DNA of 61,563 bases from an uncultured Candidatus Saccharibacteria bacterium (GTDB taxonomy: Bacteria > Patescibacteriota > UBA1384 > XYA2-FULL-43-10 > 1-14-0-10-43-13). The position numbers were made by a program, and so were the translations under genes. This document shows positions 17,243 through 25,327 of the stretch, in pieces (positions within the stretch are counted from its first letter, which is position 1; every line of letters begins with the position of its first letter). Under the pieces are notes generated by a model that saw only the letters and a list, made by a program, of their open reading frames with translations, ran no database searches and had not been told where the DNA came from. The stretch lies in NCBI GenBank assembly GCA_964364265.1, contig CAYILA010000006.1, positions 1 to 61,563 on the forward strand. The letters are read 5' to 3'.

Positions 17243-17337
17243 GAGGGTCGCCGTTTCCGCTGACGGCGACCCTCCGGAACAACCCCAACAGCAAAAGGGG
17301 TCGGACAAGAGATGTGAGGAGAATCACCTCTCTTGTC
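17243..17337. other. cluster of GC-rich hairpins (candidate small structured RNA or leader)
   Basis: 11-bp stem gagggtcgccg/cggcgaccctc (17243-17274), cccc..gggg (17283-17300), and gacaagagatgtga/tcacctctcttgtc (17304-17337). Confidence 0.3.
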
Positions 17338-17436
17338 TACCAATACACTAACACAAAAGAAATAATCTGTCAAAGGAAAAAATTGTCGCAAATTACTCTC
17401 TGGCGCAATAATATCGATTAGGTTAAGATTGGCTTG

Positions 17437-19380
17437 ATGATTGCAAACATTATCCCCCACAAAAGAACCGGCCGTGAAACCGAGATTTATTCTTATCTCG
17501 TTCCGAATGATTTTCAGGACGATGTCAAAATCGGCTCAATCGCCGCCGTCTCTTTCGGGCGCAAGAAGATTATGGGAGTTGTTGAATCAATCCAGACCGA
17601 GAACCCCGGTGATATTAAACTAAAGGAATTATCGGAATTGACAGGTATTGAAATCCCGGCCCATTACATTGAAATTACCAGATGGGTAGCCGATTATTAC
17701 CTTTGTTCCTTAGGCGAAGCAATCGGACTTTTTATGCCGCCGGAGATGCGGCGTCCGAGGGTGCAAGATATAAGATATACGATACAAGATAAAAGAATTA
17801 AACAACTCAACGACGAACAGCAGAAGGTATTTGAAATATTAAAAGAAAGATTGAAGAAACCCGAAAAGCCGGCCTTGATCCATGGCGTGACATCTTCGGG
17901 AAAGACCGAAATTTATTTGAAATTGGCGGCTGAAACACTAAATTCCGGCAAGCAGGTAGTCGTTTTAGTGCCGGAAATTATTTTAACTCTCCAGATTGTA
18001 GAAAGATTCGAGGAGACTTTTGGAGACAATGTAGCTTTGTATCATTCCGATTTATCAAAATCGGAAAAGTTAAATGCCTATCTTGATTTTCAAACCGGAG
18101 TTAAAAAAATAATTGTCGGTCCCCGCTCGGCATTGACCGTCCCTTCTGAAAATATCGGCTTGGTCATTATTGATGAAGAAGGGGAGAGCTCATACAAACA
18201 GGAGAAAAATCCCAAGTACCACGCTGTAGAATTGGCGGAACAAATCGCCAAAAACCGGGCTTTGCTTATTTTAGGAAGCGCCACGCCAACCCTGGATTCA
18301 TATTACAAGACCAAAACCGGTCAATATGAATTATTCGAATTAAAGAATCGTTATAAAAATCCGATGCCCAAAGTAGAGATTGTCGATTTACGGGAAGAAA
18401 TTAAAAACCGGAATTTTTCCTCAATCTCCGAAAAATTAAGGGCGGCGATTGAAGAAACCTTGAAAGCCAAGAAACAAACATTTTTGTTTCTCAATCGCCG
18501 CGGCGCTTCGACTTTCGTTTCCTGCCGCGACTGCGGGAAGGTGATTCTTTGCCCGAACTGTTCGGTGCCCCTGATTTATCATATTTTGGATAAGCGGAAT
18601 TTCTTAAACTGCCATCATTGCGATTATGAAACTTATGTTCCCTCGCAGTGTCCGGTCTGCAAAGGATTTCGAATAAAATATTTCGGCGCCGGGGTTGAAA
18701 AAATTGAAATAGAGATAAAAAAGTTGTTTCCGGAAGCTCGAATCAGAAGAATTGATTCGGGGACGATGAATTCAAAAAAAGATTACCAGAATCTTTACGA
18801 TGATCTGAAAAACCACAAGATAGACATCTTAATCGGTACCCAAATAATCGCCAAGGGACTGGATATTCCCAATGTCGATCTAGTCGGGATCGTCTCAGCC
18901 GATGTCGGACTTCACCTCCCGTATTACAAAGCGGCTGAGAGAACTTTCCAATTAATTACCCAAGTTATCGGCCGGGGCGGCAGGGGCGACAACCATGGCA
19001 AAGCTATTTTGCAGACCTATTGGCCGGAATCGCTTTCGATCCTTTCAGCTGGCGCCCAAAACTTCGAATCATTTTATAATCGGGAGATAGGGGAACGCAA
19101 AAAATATGACCTGCCGCCTTTCGTCCACTTGGTTCGTGTCATTGCCGAAGAAAAAGAGGCCGAAAAAGCCAAAGAAGCGGTAGGAAAAGTGGCTGTAGAG
19201 TGTCGAAAGAGGGGAATCGAATATCTTGGTCCGGCCAAAGCGTTTTTCTCAAGAATCAGGGGAAACTACCGATATCATCTAATCATCAAAGTTAAAAAAT
19301 TGCCGGATAAAAAATTGGAGGAAATATTTTCAACGAATCCCTATCTGTTTTGGGATGTCGATCCGGAGAACCTGCTTTAA
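17437..19380 (+). CDS. priA: primosomal protein N' (replication restart helicase PriA)
   Basis: ORF track 17434.. (TTG), with ATG at 17437. Motifs: GVTSSGKTE, DEEGESSYKQ, Cys-rich zinc region CRDCGKVILCPNC...CHHCDY...CPVC. Confidence 0.9.
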   Translation: MIANIIPHKRTGRETEIYSYLVPNDFQDDVKIGSIAAVSFGRKKIMGVVESIQTENPGDIKLKELSELTGIEIPAHYIEITRWVADYYLCSLGEAIGLFMPPEMRRPRVQDIRYTIQDKRIKQLNDEQQKVFEILKERLKKPEKPALIHGVTSSGKTEIYLKLAAETLNSGKQVVVLVPEIILTLQIVERFEETFGDNVALYHSDLSKSEKLNAYLDFQTGVKKIIVGPRSALTVPSENIGLVIIDEEGESSYKQEKNPKYHAVELAEQIAKNRALLILGSATPTLDSYYKTKTGQYELFELKNRYKNPMPKVEIVDLREEIKNRNFSSISEKLRAAIEETLKAKKQTFLFLNRRGASTFVSCRDCGKVILCPNCSVPLIYHILDKRNFLNCHHCDYETYVPSQCPVCKGFRIKYFGAGVEKIEIEIKKLFPEARIRRIDSGTMNSKKDYQNLYDDLKNHKIDILIGTQIIAKGLDIPNVDLVGIVSADVGLHLPYYKAAERTFQLITQVIGRGGRGDNHGKAILQTYWPESLSILSAGAQNFESFYNREIGERKKYDLPPFVHLVRVIAEEKEAEKAKEAVGKVAVECRKRGIEYLGPAKAFFSRIRGNYRYHLIIKVKKLPDKKLEEIFSTNPYLFWDVDPENLL

Positions 19381-19463
19381 CCATTCAATTTGTTAAGAAA
19401 AAACACTAGAAATACGACACGAGGTAGAGTTTAGTGAATATATAATAGTTCCATATGCGACGC

Positions 19464-19492
19464 TTGACTATATGCTTCATTTGTGATAGAAT
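19464..19492 (+). promoter_or_regulatory. near-consensus sigma70 promoter of the GC-rich orphan cassette
   Basis: TTGACT(19464-19469)-N17-TAGAAT(19487-19492) with TG at the extended -10 position. Confidence 0.6.
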
Positions 19493-19628
19493 AATTTACA
19501 AATATTTAGCTTTGTAAACAATCCTGGAGCAAGCGCGTTGTTAACCATATAATATGGTTGATGGTGTGCTTGTTCCAAACAAGGAACGGCCTGCTGAGGC
19601 AGATCTCGCACGAAGGGAGAGGATGACG

Positions 19629-20507
19629 ATGACATCGATCACCTCGCAATTCACAGAAGGACAGAAAAAGCAGTACGGACGTTTCGTTCAGGATGCCGGC
19701 GATAGGGCGTTTGCAGAAACCGGGTTCGACAAGGATAGCCTGCAAAGGCTCATCGAGAACGGCGACGGGTTTCAGGCCGATATCATTGCCTCAATCGCGA
19801 GGCTGTCGGTCACCAACCAGTATGCCAACGAGGAAACCGAATCGAATTACGGTTACCTCTCTGGCTACCGGAACCCCGTTTCGATACCGGATCAGATCGC
19901 GCGCTTGCGCGAACTCTTTACAGGCATCGAGCTGGGGACCGCCGATCTGTTGCTGGCCGAACAGCCTAAGAACCCGAACGCCGACGGACCGTTCGCCATT
20001 CCCGACTGGCATCTGATCGCTTCGACCTATCCGGAAGCGGTACTGAAGGTTTTCGACCTGATCAAGAAAACTCGCGGTAAGTTTTACAACTACGGCGACG
20101 GCCAGATCGACTCCGCGCACCTGCGCGAAAACAAACGGAGCGAAAAAGCATGGGCGACGATTCGTGAAACCCAATCGGGTAACACAATTCTGATTGTTCA
20201 GGCACAGTTCGGGCTACGGCATCGCGGCCGCTCCGTCCGACGCGCGCTGGAAGTGATGAGCTCCAGTGAGTTCGGCCTAGGGGCATATGCCACCGGCATC
20301 ATGCTTCTTACAAATCCGATCCGGCTTCAGCACTACGGCGATCTTTGGATCGACTGCGCCGGAGATGAGTGGAGTTGGAGCGCCGATGGCGTCTTCGGCT
20401 ACGCTCCGTTCTTCTCCTTCCGCGACGGCGAGGTCAGGTTCGACACCTACGAGGTCGAGTGCGTGTCTCGGTTCTATGGCTCCGTGTCTGCGTTTCTTTC
20501 GCAGTAA
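19629..20507 (+). CDS. orphan protein (~292 aa), GC-rich, no recognisable domain
   Basis: ORF track 19554..20507. AGGGAGAGG precedes ATG 19623/19629 (MTMTSITSQF...). GC-rich codons. I recognise no family motif. Confidence 0.6.
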   Translation: MTSITSQFTEGQKKQYGRFVQDAGDRAFAETGFDKDSLQRLIENGDGFQADIIASIARLSVTNQYANEETESNYGYLSGYRNPVSIPDQIARLRELFTGIELGTADLLLAEQPKNPNADGPFAIPDWHLIASTYPEAVLKVFDLIKKTRGKFYNYGDGQIDSAHLRENKRSEKAWATIRETQSGNTILIVQAQFGLRHRGRSVRRALEVMSSSEFGLGAYATGIMLLTNPIRLQHYGDLWIDCAGDEWSWSADGVFGYAPFFSFRDGEVRFDTYEVECVSRFYGSVSAFLSQ

Positions 20508-20591
20508 CTGTTCCTTGTATCTTGAATCCTTGAATCTTTTGACTCTTTGTCTCTTGATTCTTGGATTCTCGCCTCTGGCGAGTCGACATAT

Positions 20592-20626
20592 CCGGGCTAT
20601 CCTTAATTGGGTAGCCCGGCTTTTTT
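20592..20626 (+). terminator. Rho-independent terminator of the orphan cassette
   Basis: ccgggctat / gtagcccgg stem (one G-U pair) with a 10-nt loop, then c + T6. Confidence 0.7.
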
Positions 20627-20891
20627 ATTGCTGAAATTTCTTTTCAAACAAAACAGCCGGAATCTTACTGGATAAGGCTTTTAAAGGTGCGCTGTGTTTG
20701 AGGAGATACTGCTTGCTCTTAAATAAATTTTGGTTTTGGCTTAACGAATGAACATATTAAAAGACATAAATCTCACTTTCAGGAACATTATGGTTTCGGG
20801 AAAAAGTAGATTACTCAGCGCTTCAATTACCGGTATTGTTAGATGTTAATTATTGTTATAATAGATAAGGAATTTTTAATTTTGGAAAATT

Positions 20892-22061
20892 ATGAAACAG
20901 AAGATATTGGTGACCGGCGGTGCCGGTTATATAGGCAGTATTACGGTAAAAGAATTGTTGGATAACGGTTTCGATGTGGTGGTTTTGGATTCGCTGGAAA
21001 ACGGTCACAGGGAAGCGGTTGACCGGCGGGCGAGACTGGAGGTAGTTAATCTATCTGACAAAAAGGGCGTAAATGAAGTATTTAGGAAACATAAATTTGA
21101 TGCTGTGATTGACTTTGCCGCCTATCTTTCGGTGGGGGAGTCGATGGAGAACCCTAAAAAGTATCTGGATAATAATGTCGGCAATTTTATTAAACTTCTT
21201 GATGTTATGGTTGAAAATGATTGCCGCTACATTATCAAATCTTCCACCGCTGCGACTTACGGCAATCCCCCGTCCGACGATTATTTTCCCCTTAAAGAGG
21301 AGAGCCAGAAAGAGTACCGACTCGAAAAATCGGCTCTTCTCTCCGGAAAGTGGGACGGGGCGGATCTGAATGGCGAAGAATTTTTCAAAAAAGCTTTAGA
21401 TTATTATGGGAATATTGCAAACGGCCGAACCGAACTAATATTAAGCGATGAAGATATTAAAGTGCTTCGGACACCGACCTCAATTTACGGTCTCTCCAAA
21501 TTGATTGACGAAATTTTGCTTTCAAAGTATAATCAAAAATCGGATTTGAAGTATGTGGCTCTTCGTTACTTTAATGTTTCAGGTGCGACTCTGGATGGTT
21601 TGATGGGTGAAGATAAGCCGAATCCGATCACACTGATGACGGTCTGTTACTGGTCGCTTTTAGGAAAGTATCCCCCGGTTCCAATTTTTGGGACGGATTA
21701 TCCGACGCCGGACGGGACCGGAATCAGGGACTACATCCATCCGGTTGATATTGCGACAGGGCACCTAAAGGCGCTCCAGTATTTGCAAAAAACCAATCAA
21801 AGCGAGGTCATTAATCTTGGAACCGGCAAAGGCAACACTGTTTTTGAAGTGATAAAAACGGTCGAAAAGGCGAGCGGAAAAAAAGTAAATTACAAAATAG
21901 TCCCCCGCCGTCGCGGCGATCCGGTCAAGTCCTGGGCAGATCCGGCCAAGGCCAAAGAATTGCTTGGTTGGGAGGCGAAATACAGTTTGGATGAAATGGC
22001 GGAGTCCGCCTGGAAATGGCATTCGACCCATCCGGACGGTTACCAAATCAAAAACGGATAA
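20892..22061 (+). CDS. galE: UDP-glucose 4-epimerase / NAD-dependent epimerase (with internal insertion)
   Basis: ORF track. VTGGAGYIGS Rossmann motif, YGLSK (YxxxK). About 60 aa longer than the GalE sizes I recall. Confidence 0.8.
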   Translation: MKQKILVTGGAGYIGSITVKELLDNGFDVVVLDSLENGHREAVDRRARLEVVNLSDKKGVNEVFRKHKFDAVIDFAAYLSVGESMENPKKYLDNNVGNFIKLLDVMVENDCRYIIKSSTAATYGNPPSDDYFPLKEESQKEYRLEKSALLSGKWDGADLNGEEFFKKALDYYGNIANGRTELILSDEDIKVLRTPTSIYGLSKLIDEILLSKYNQKSDLKYVALRYFNVSGATLDGLMGEDKPNPITLMTVCYWSLLGKYPPVPIFGTDYPTPDGTGIRDYIHPVDIATGHLKALQYLQKTNQSEVINLGTGKGNTVFEVIKTVEKASGKKVNYKIVPRRRGDPVKSWADPAKAKELLGWEAKYSLDEMAESAWKWHSTHPDGYQIKNG

Positions 22062-22129
22062 CTAATCATAAGGATAACTAATAACGAATATCTGTTATTC
22101 GTCATCCTAACCATCCGTTATCCGTATTT
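22054..22129. repeat. family C palindromic element (GGATAAC/GTTATCC words)
   Basis: Runs acggataactaatcataaggataactaataacgaatatctgttattcgtcatcc...gttatccgtattt. Supplies the galE stop codon. Related copies at 28183-28272 and 61524-61563. Confidence 0.7.
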
Positions 22130-22141
22130 ATTCGAGGATTT

Positions 22142-23467
22142 ATGGAGTTAGAGATAAAAAAAGATAATGACCCGGTATTAAGGGAACCGACCGAAGAAGT
22201 CACCGACTTCGGTTTTGAATTTCAAAAATTAGTCGATGATATAACCGAAACGATGCGGGCAAAGGAAGGCGTCGGTTTGGCCGCCCCGCAGGTCGGTGTT
22301 TCAAAAAAAATGTTTATCTGTGAATTCGCCGGCGACAAAGAGACGAAACTGGACGCATTTCCTCTGACCGTTTTGTGCAATCCGAAGATCGAAAAACTTT
22401 CAAAACAGAAAAAAAATATGGTTGAGGGTTGTTTATCTGTTCCTGATCGGGAAATTATCGTCAAACGGCCGAAGACCGCCACAGTTTCGGGCAAAGACAG
22501 GTACGGCAAGGATCTCACGATCGAAGCGGAATCGCTTTACGCCAGAGTTTTGCAACACGAGGTTGATCACCTAAACGCCACTTTAATTGTCGACCATATC
22601 AAACAGAGTAAAGTAATATTTATCGGCACCGGTTCGCTTGGTGTTGGCGCCTTAAAATCTCTGGTTGCGGACAACCAATATGAAATAGTTTTGGTCGTAA
22701 CCGGTGCGGCTTCGGGAAAAGTTCGGGGCGCGGAGGTTGAAAAAAATCAGATCTATAAAATCGCCGAGGAGGCGAAGCTTCCAATTATCCGAACAGAGAA
22801 AATTAGAGACGAAGCGATTATTAAAAAGATCAAGAAGGCAAAACCGGAGTTGGGAATTATGGCTGATTTCGGCCAGATAATTCCGCAAGAGGTTTTGAAC
22901 ATCCCCAGACACGGCATTATCAATATCCACCCCTCGCTTTTGCCGAAGCACCGCGGAGCTTCGCCGATTCAACAAACAATTCTAGACGGCGACAAAGAAA
23001 CAGGCCTTACCCTGATACTGGCCAACGCCGAATGCGATGCCGGCGATATCATTTCCCAAGCGGTGGTGGAACTCTCTGGATCGGAGACGACCTCGATTTT
23101 GAAAAAATATTTCTCCGAAATCAGCGGCAGTTATCTTCTAAGCATTCTGCCCTACTATCTATCGAAAGAACTCAAACCGCATCCGCAGCCGGAAAAAGAT
23201 ATCACAATGACAAGAATGTTTACGAAGGAGGACGGATTTGTCGATGAAAAGACTCCCGCCGAAGCGGTAGAGAGAAAAATCAGGGCCTTTGATGAATGGC
23301 CGAAAGTTTATACCGAATTCAAAGGCAAAAAGATTCAGTTATTAGCCGCCCATTTTAATGAAGAAGGGCGTCTGATAATAGATCGGGTGAAGCCGGAGGG
23401 AAAGAAAGAAATGACTTACCATGATTTCCAAAATGGGTACCATTCAGATTTGACATTTGGAAGCTAA
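22142..23467 (+). CDS. def/fmt: peptide deformylase - methionyl-tRNA formyltransferase fusion protein
   Basis: Single ORF. N-terminal PDF motifs GVGLAAPQVG, EGCLSVP, QHEVDHL. C-terminal Fmt motifs (VIFIGTG, HPSLLPKHRGASPIQ). Confidence 0.85.
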   Translation: MELEIKKDNDPVLREPTEEVTDFGFEFQKLVDDITETMRAKEGVGLAAPQVGVSKKMFICEFAGDKETKLDAFPLTVLCNPKIEKLSKQKKNMVEGCLSVPDREIIVKRPKTATVSGKDRYGKDLTIEAESLYARVLQHEVDHLNATLIVDHIKQSKVIFIGTGSLGVGALKSLVADNQYEIVLVVTGAASGKVRGAEVEKNQIYKIAEEAKLPIIRTEKIRDEAIIKKIKKAKPELGIMADFGQIIPQEVLNIPRHGIINIHPSLLPKHRGASPIQQTILDGDKETGLTLILANAECDAGDIISQAVVELSGSETTSILKKYFSEISGSYLLSILPYYLSKELKPHPQPEKDITMTRMFTKEDGFVDEKTPAEAVERKIRAFDEWPKVYTEFKGKKIQLLAAHFNEEGRLIIDRVKPEGKKEMTYHDFQNGYHSDLTFGS

Positions 23468-23515
23468 TCTGTTAAATTAGAGCCACTGTTTTAAAGATTG
23501 TGATATAGGAGATGC

Positions 23516-23908
23516 ATGATAGTTATTCGACTGACCCGAGTTGGCAAGAAAAACAGTCCCGCTTATCGAGTAGTTGTGGCAGATAAGAGACGCGCTGTTA
23601 AAAGAAAATTTATTGAAATTTTAGGCAACTACAATCCTACGCGCAACCCGAAAGAACTTGTGATAAACAAGGAGCGGGCGTTTTTTTGGATGGAACGCGG
23701 CGCCCAACCGTCTCCTACGATCAGAAACTTGATGGCTGACGCCGGTGTTTTATCAAAGTCCGACAAAGTAAATATCGTTTACGGCAAAGAAAAATCAAAG
23801 AAAGCTATTAAAGAAGATGCAGGGAAGAAACCGGAAATAAAAACTGAAGAACCAACAGAACCAACAGAAACAACATCAGAGCAAACAGAGGAATCAAAAA
23901 CCGAATAG
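23516..23908 (+). CDS. rpsP: 30S ribosomal protein S16 with charged C-terminal extension
   Basis: ORF track: MIVIRLTRVGKKNSPAYRVVVAD. Confidence 0.9.
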   Translation: MIVIRLTRVGKKNSPAYRVVVADKRRAVKRKFIEILGNYNPTRNPKELVINKERAFFWMERGAQPSPTIRNLMADAGVLSKSDKVNIVYGKEKSKKAIKEDAGKKPEIKTEEPTEPTETTSEQTEESKTE

Positions 23909-23945
23909 TGCCGATTAAGCGGACCCTGGGTCCGGAAAGGAAAAA

Positions 23946-24317
23946 ATGGAGAAAGATCAGAAATTCGTAGAGGATGTCGTCAAAGCAATCGTCGACAATC
24001 CAGATAAGGTAAAAACTGAGAGAACAATTGACGAAATGGGTGTCCTGATTCAACTTACAGTTGATCCGGAAGATATGGGCAAGATCATCGGCAAAGAGGG
24101 CAAGACCGCTAAAGCGCTTCGAACACTGCTTCGAGTTCTGGGCGCCAAAAACAATGCCAGAGTTAACCTTAAAATTGTTGAGCCGGAAGGTTCGACCCGA
24201 CCCGAGAGAGTGCAGAGAGACGAAGAAAGCGATGAGGATATAGAAGAAGAGAAAGAAATCAAAAAAGTCAAAGAGGAGAAAGTTCTCGACGACATTCCAA
24301 ATGATGTTCTAGCCTAG
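23946..24317 (+). CDS. KH-domain RNA-binding protein (YlqC/KhpA-like) with acidic tail
   Basis: ORF track: GKIIGKEGKTAKALRTLL. Occupies the conserved position after rpsP. Confidence 0.8.
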   Translation: MEKDQKFVEDVVKAIVDNPDKVKTERTIDEMGVLIQLTVDPEDMGKIIGKEGKTAKALRTLLRVLGAKNNARVNLKIVEPEGSTRPERVQRDEESDEDIEEEKEIKKVKEEKVLDDIPNDVLA

Positions 24318-24387
24318 TTTCCAAACCAGAAACGGATAGCGAATTATTCTAATAATGAATAAACGAATAATTTATGCAAATTAAAAG

Positions 24388-24423
24388 AAGCCGCCACAAC
24401 TTTTATTGCTAGCGGCTTTTTTG
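24388..24423 (+). terminator. Rho-independent terminator after the rpsP-KH pair
   Basis: aagccgc / gcggctt stem with a 17-nt loop, followed by a T-run. Confidence 0.5.
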
Positions 24424-24482
24424 TTTTAAGATTACAATTAGCATAATTGCGCTTGAAGCATTCATTTTTCTTTCGACCACCT

Positions 24483-24512
24483 CCGCCTCGGCTTCGCCAT
24501 AGGCGAGACGGG
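24483..24512. repeat. variant of the 30-nt GC module (ccgcctcggcttcgccataggcgagacggg)
   Basis: Same arms as 8111-8140 and 57108-57137. Followed by the hairpin ggtcgcc-ac-ggcgacc. Confidence 0.7.
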
Positions 24513-24598
24513 CTCACCTGCCATTCGGTCGCCACGGCGACCTCACCGGTCTTCGAAAAACGAACACTTCGTGTGCTGGAAAGTAAACAGGAAAATAT

Positions 24599-25309
24599 AT
24601 GAATAAAATTAGATTTCACATTCTGACACTGTTTCCGGAGATGTTTGAAAGCGTTTTTGCCTCAAGTATCCTTTCCCGTGCCCAGAAAAAGGGAATTATG
24701 GAGATAAAATATTATAATTTACGCGATTTTGCCGCCGACAAGCACAAAACTGTAGACGACACGCCGTATGGCGGCGGTCCGGGGATGGTACTGAAAATTG
24801 ATGTTATGGACAAAGCCATAACATCAATAAAATCCGAAATCCGAAATCCGAAATCCGAAAAATCAAAAGTCATATTGATGACGCCGCAGGGGAAGAGGTT
24901 TGATCAGAAAAAAGCGGCCGAATTATCAAATTTGGAGGATATCATCTTAATCTGTGGCCACTACGAAGGATTTGACGAAAGAATCAGAGAGCACTTGGTT
25001 GATGAGGAAATTTCGATTGGTGATTTTGTACTTTCGGGTGGAGAAATTCCGGCTATGGCCGTCGTGGACGCCGTAGCCCGGCTCGTACCGGGAGTGCTGG
25101 GCAAGGATGAGTCCTCGAATGAGGAGAGTTTTTCATTGACCGATGATGACGGCAAGATTTTACTGGAATACCCAATCTATACCCGTCCGGTCGAGTACAA
25201 GGGTTGGAAAGTGCCGGAGGTGCTCCAAAACGGAAATCATGCCGAGATTAAAAAATGGCGTCTAGAAGAAGCCAAGAATAGAACTAAAGATAAACGAACT
25301 GACAGGTAA
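24599..25309 (+). CDS. trmD: tRNA (guanine37-N1)-methyltransferase
   Basis: ORF track: YGGGPGMVLK, ICGHYEGFDERI, SIGDFVLSGGE. Confidence 0.9.
   Translation: MNKIRFHILTLFPEMFESVFASSILSRAQKKGIMEIKYYNLRDFAADKHKTVDDTPYGGGPGMVLKIDVMDKAITSIKSEIRNPKSEKSKVILMTPQGKRFDQKKAAELSNLEDIILICGHYEGFDERIREHLVDEEISIGDFVLSGGEIPAMAVVDAVARLVPGVLGKDESSNEESFSLTDDDGKILLEYPIYTRPVEYKGWKVPEVLQNGNHAEIKKWRLEEAKNRTKDKRTDR
24831..24858. repeat. (AATCCGA)x4 heptamer repeat, in frame inside trmD
   Basis: Read directly. Encodes part of IKSEIRNPKSEKSK in a variable TrmD loop. It is the same word as the left arm of family A elements. Confidence 0.9.
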
Positions 25310-25327
25310 GCAGTAAGCTAATAAGCA

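Noticed and set aside
24344-24619. A 91-aa minus-strand ORF lies in the KH-trmD spacer, where rimM is expected.
   Set aside because: It is not RimM-like. It spans a terminator and GC-rich repeat modules. The spacer is better explained as repeat and regulatory DNA. rimM and rplS are simply absent from this operon.
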